A stretch of DNA of 64,000 nucleotides, taken from assembly GCF_964194025.1 (NCBI RefSeq), contig NC_134470.1:31992001-32056000 (forward strand), read 5' to 3'. Positions within the stretch are counted from its first letter, which is position 1, and every line of letters starts with the position of its first letter. The position numbers were made by a program, and so were the translations under genes. A model generated the notes under the pieces. The model was not told the origin of the DNA, did not search any database, and saw nothing but the letters and a program-made list of their open reading frames with translations. This DNA is from Convolutriloba macropyga (lineage: Eukaryota). Below are positions 63,501 to 64,000 of the stretch, in pieces.

Positions 63501-64000
63501 ACCTCTTTTATATATTGATTAATTTAGTTATTTTCTAAAGACGACATCAAAAAAATGAATTTCGAATTGGGTATTATGCGTGCTTCCTCGGTGAGATCAA
63601 TCCAGTTTTGAATATCTATATTCAAATTTGGTATTCAATTTCAGGTCTCGAACAATAAATAGTTTCGTTTTTTCCGAAAATGTTCTCAACTAGGGCAAAT
63701 ACGCGTTGTCATCATGATGTTAAAAAATTTATCGAGCAATGCATCAAAGAAAAAAAGGTTATCACGCCCCGACCTCTTGTCCATGAGTTGCTCACAGTTG
63801 CAAAAAAGTTTTTGGCATACCACTGAGGCATCCCATCGTCAACCCGCATGCACGAAAGCAGTGAAACAGCTTCTCAATCAACAAAACAACTGGAATTTTG
63901 TGAGAGGGCGGGTGGGTGGGGGGTGGGGGGGTAGGCAAGGATTCCATGGGTGACAAAGGTTAGCATTTGAGTCCCGAAGGATTAGTAATAGTAGTAGTAG

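Overview
AT-rich eukaryotic (animal, invertebrate-like) genomic DNA with three N-runs inside microsatellite-rich sequence. There are four protein-coding genes, all on the minus strand: the first two coding exons of cullin-3 (the rest lies left of the window or in the N-runs); a two-exon USP-family protein of about 717 aa that appears catalytically dead and has a hydrophobic N-terminus; an intronless NCBP3 (918 aa); and an intronless presenilin (433 aa). The 11-kb intron of the USP-like gene holds a complete but decayed Ty1/Copia LTR retrotransposon (LTRs, PBS, PPT, 5-bp TSD) and a 96-bp palindrome. Between NCBP3 and presenilin lies a 12.6-kb tandem array of 12 units of about 1.05 kb, with an emerging 2-unit higher-order repeat and co-oriented degenerate relatives elsewhere in the window. 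The rest is decayed non-LTR retrotransposons (two CRE-like RLE fragments, one I-group-like, and CR1/L2-group pieces including a 1.6-kb tandem duplication), a tRNA-derived SINE, MITE-like hairpins and simple repeats. I cannot prove a new system from sequence alone. The best leads are the membrane-anchored pseudo-deubiquitinase, the TTTCAG acceptor 5-9 nt upstream of all four start codons (possible SL trans-splicing or 5'UTR introns), and the 1.05-kb satellite. All identifications come from motif recognition by eye; no database searches were run.
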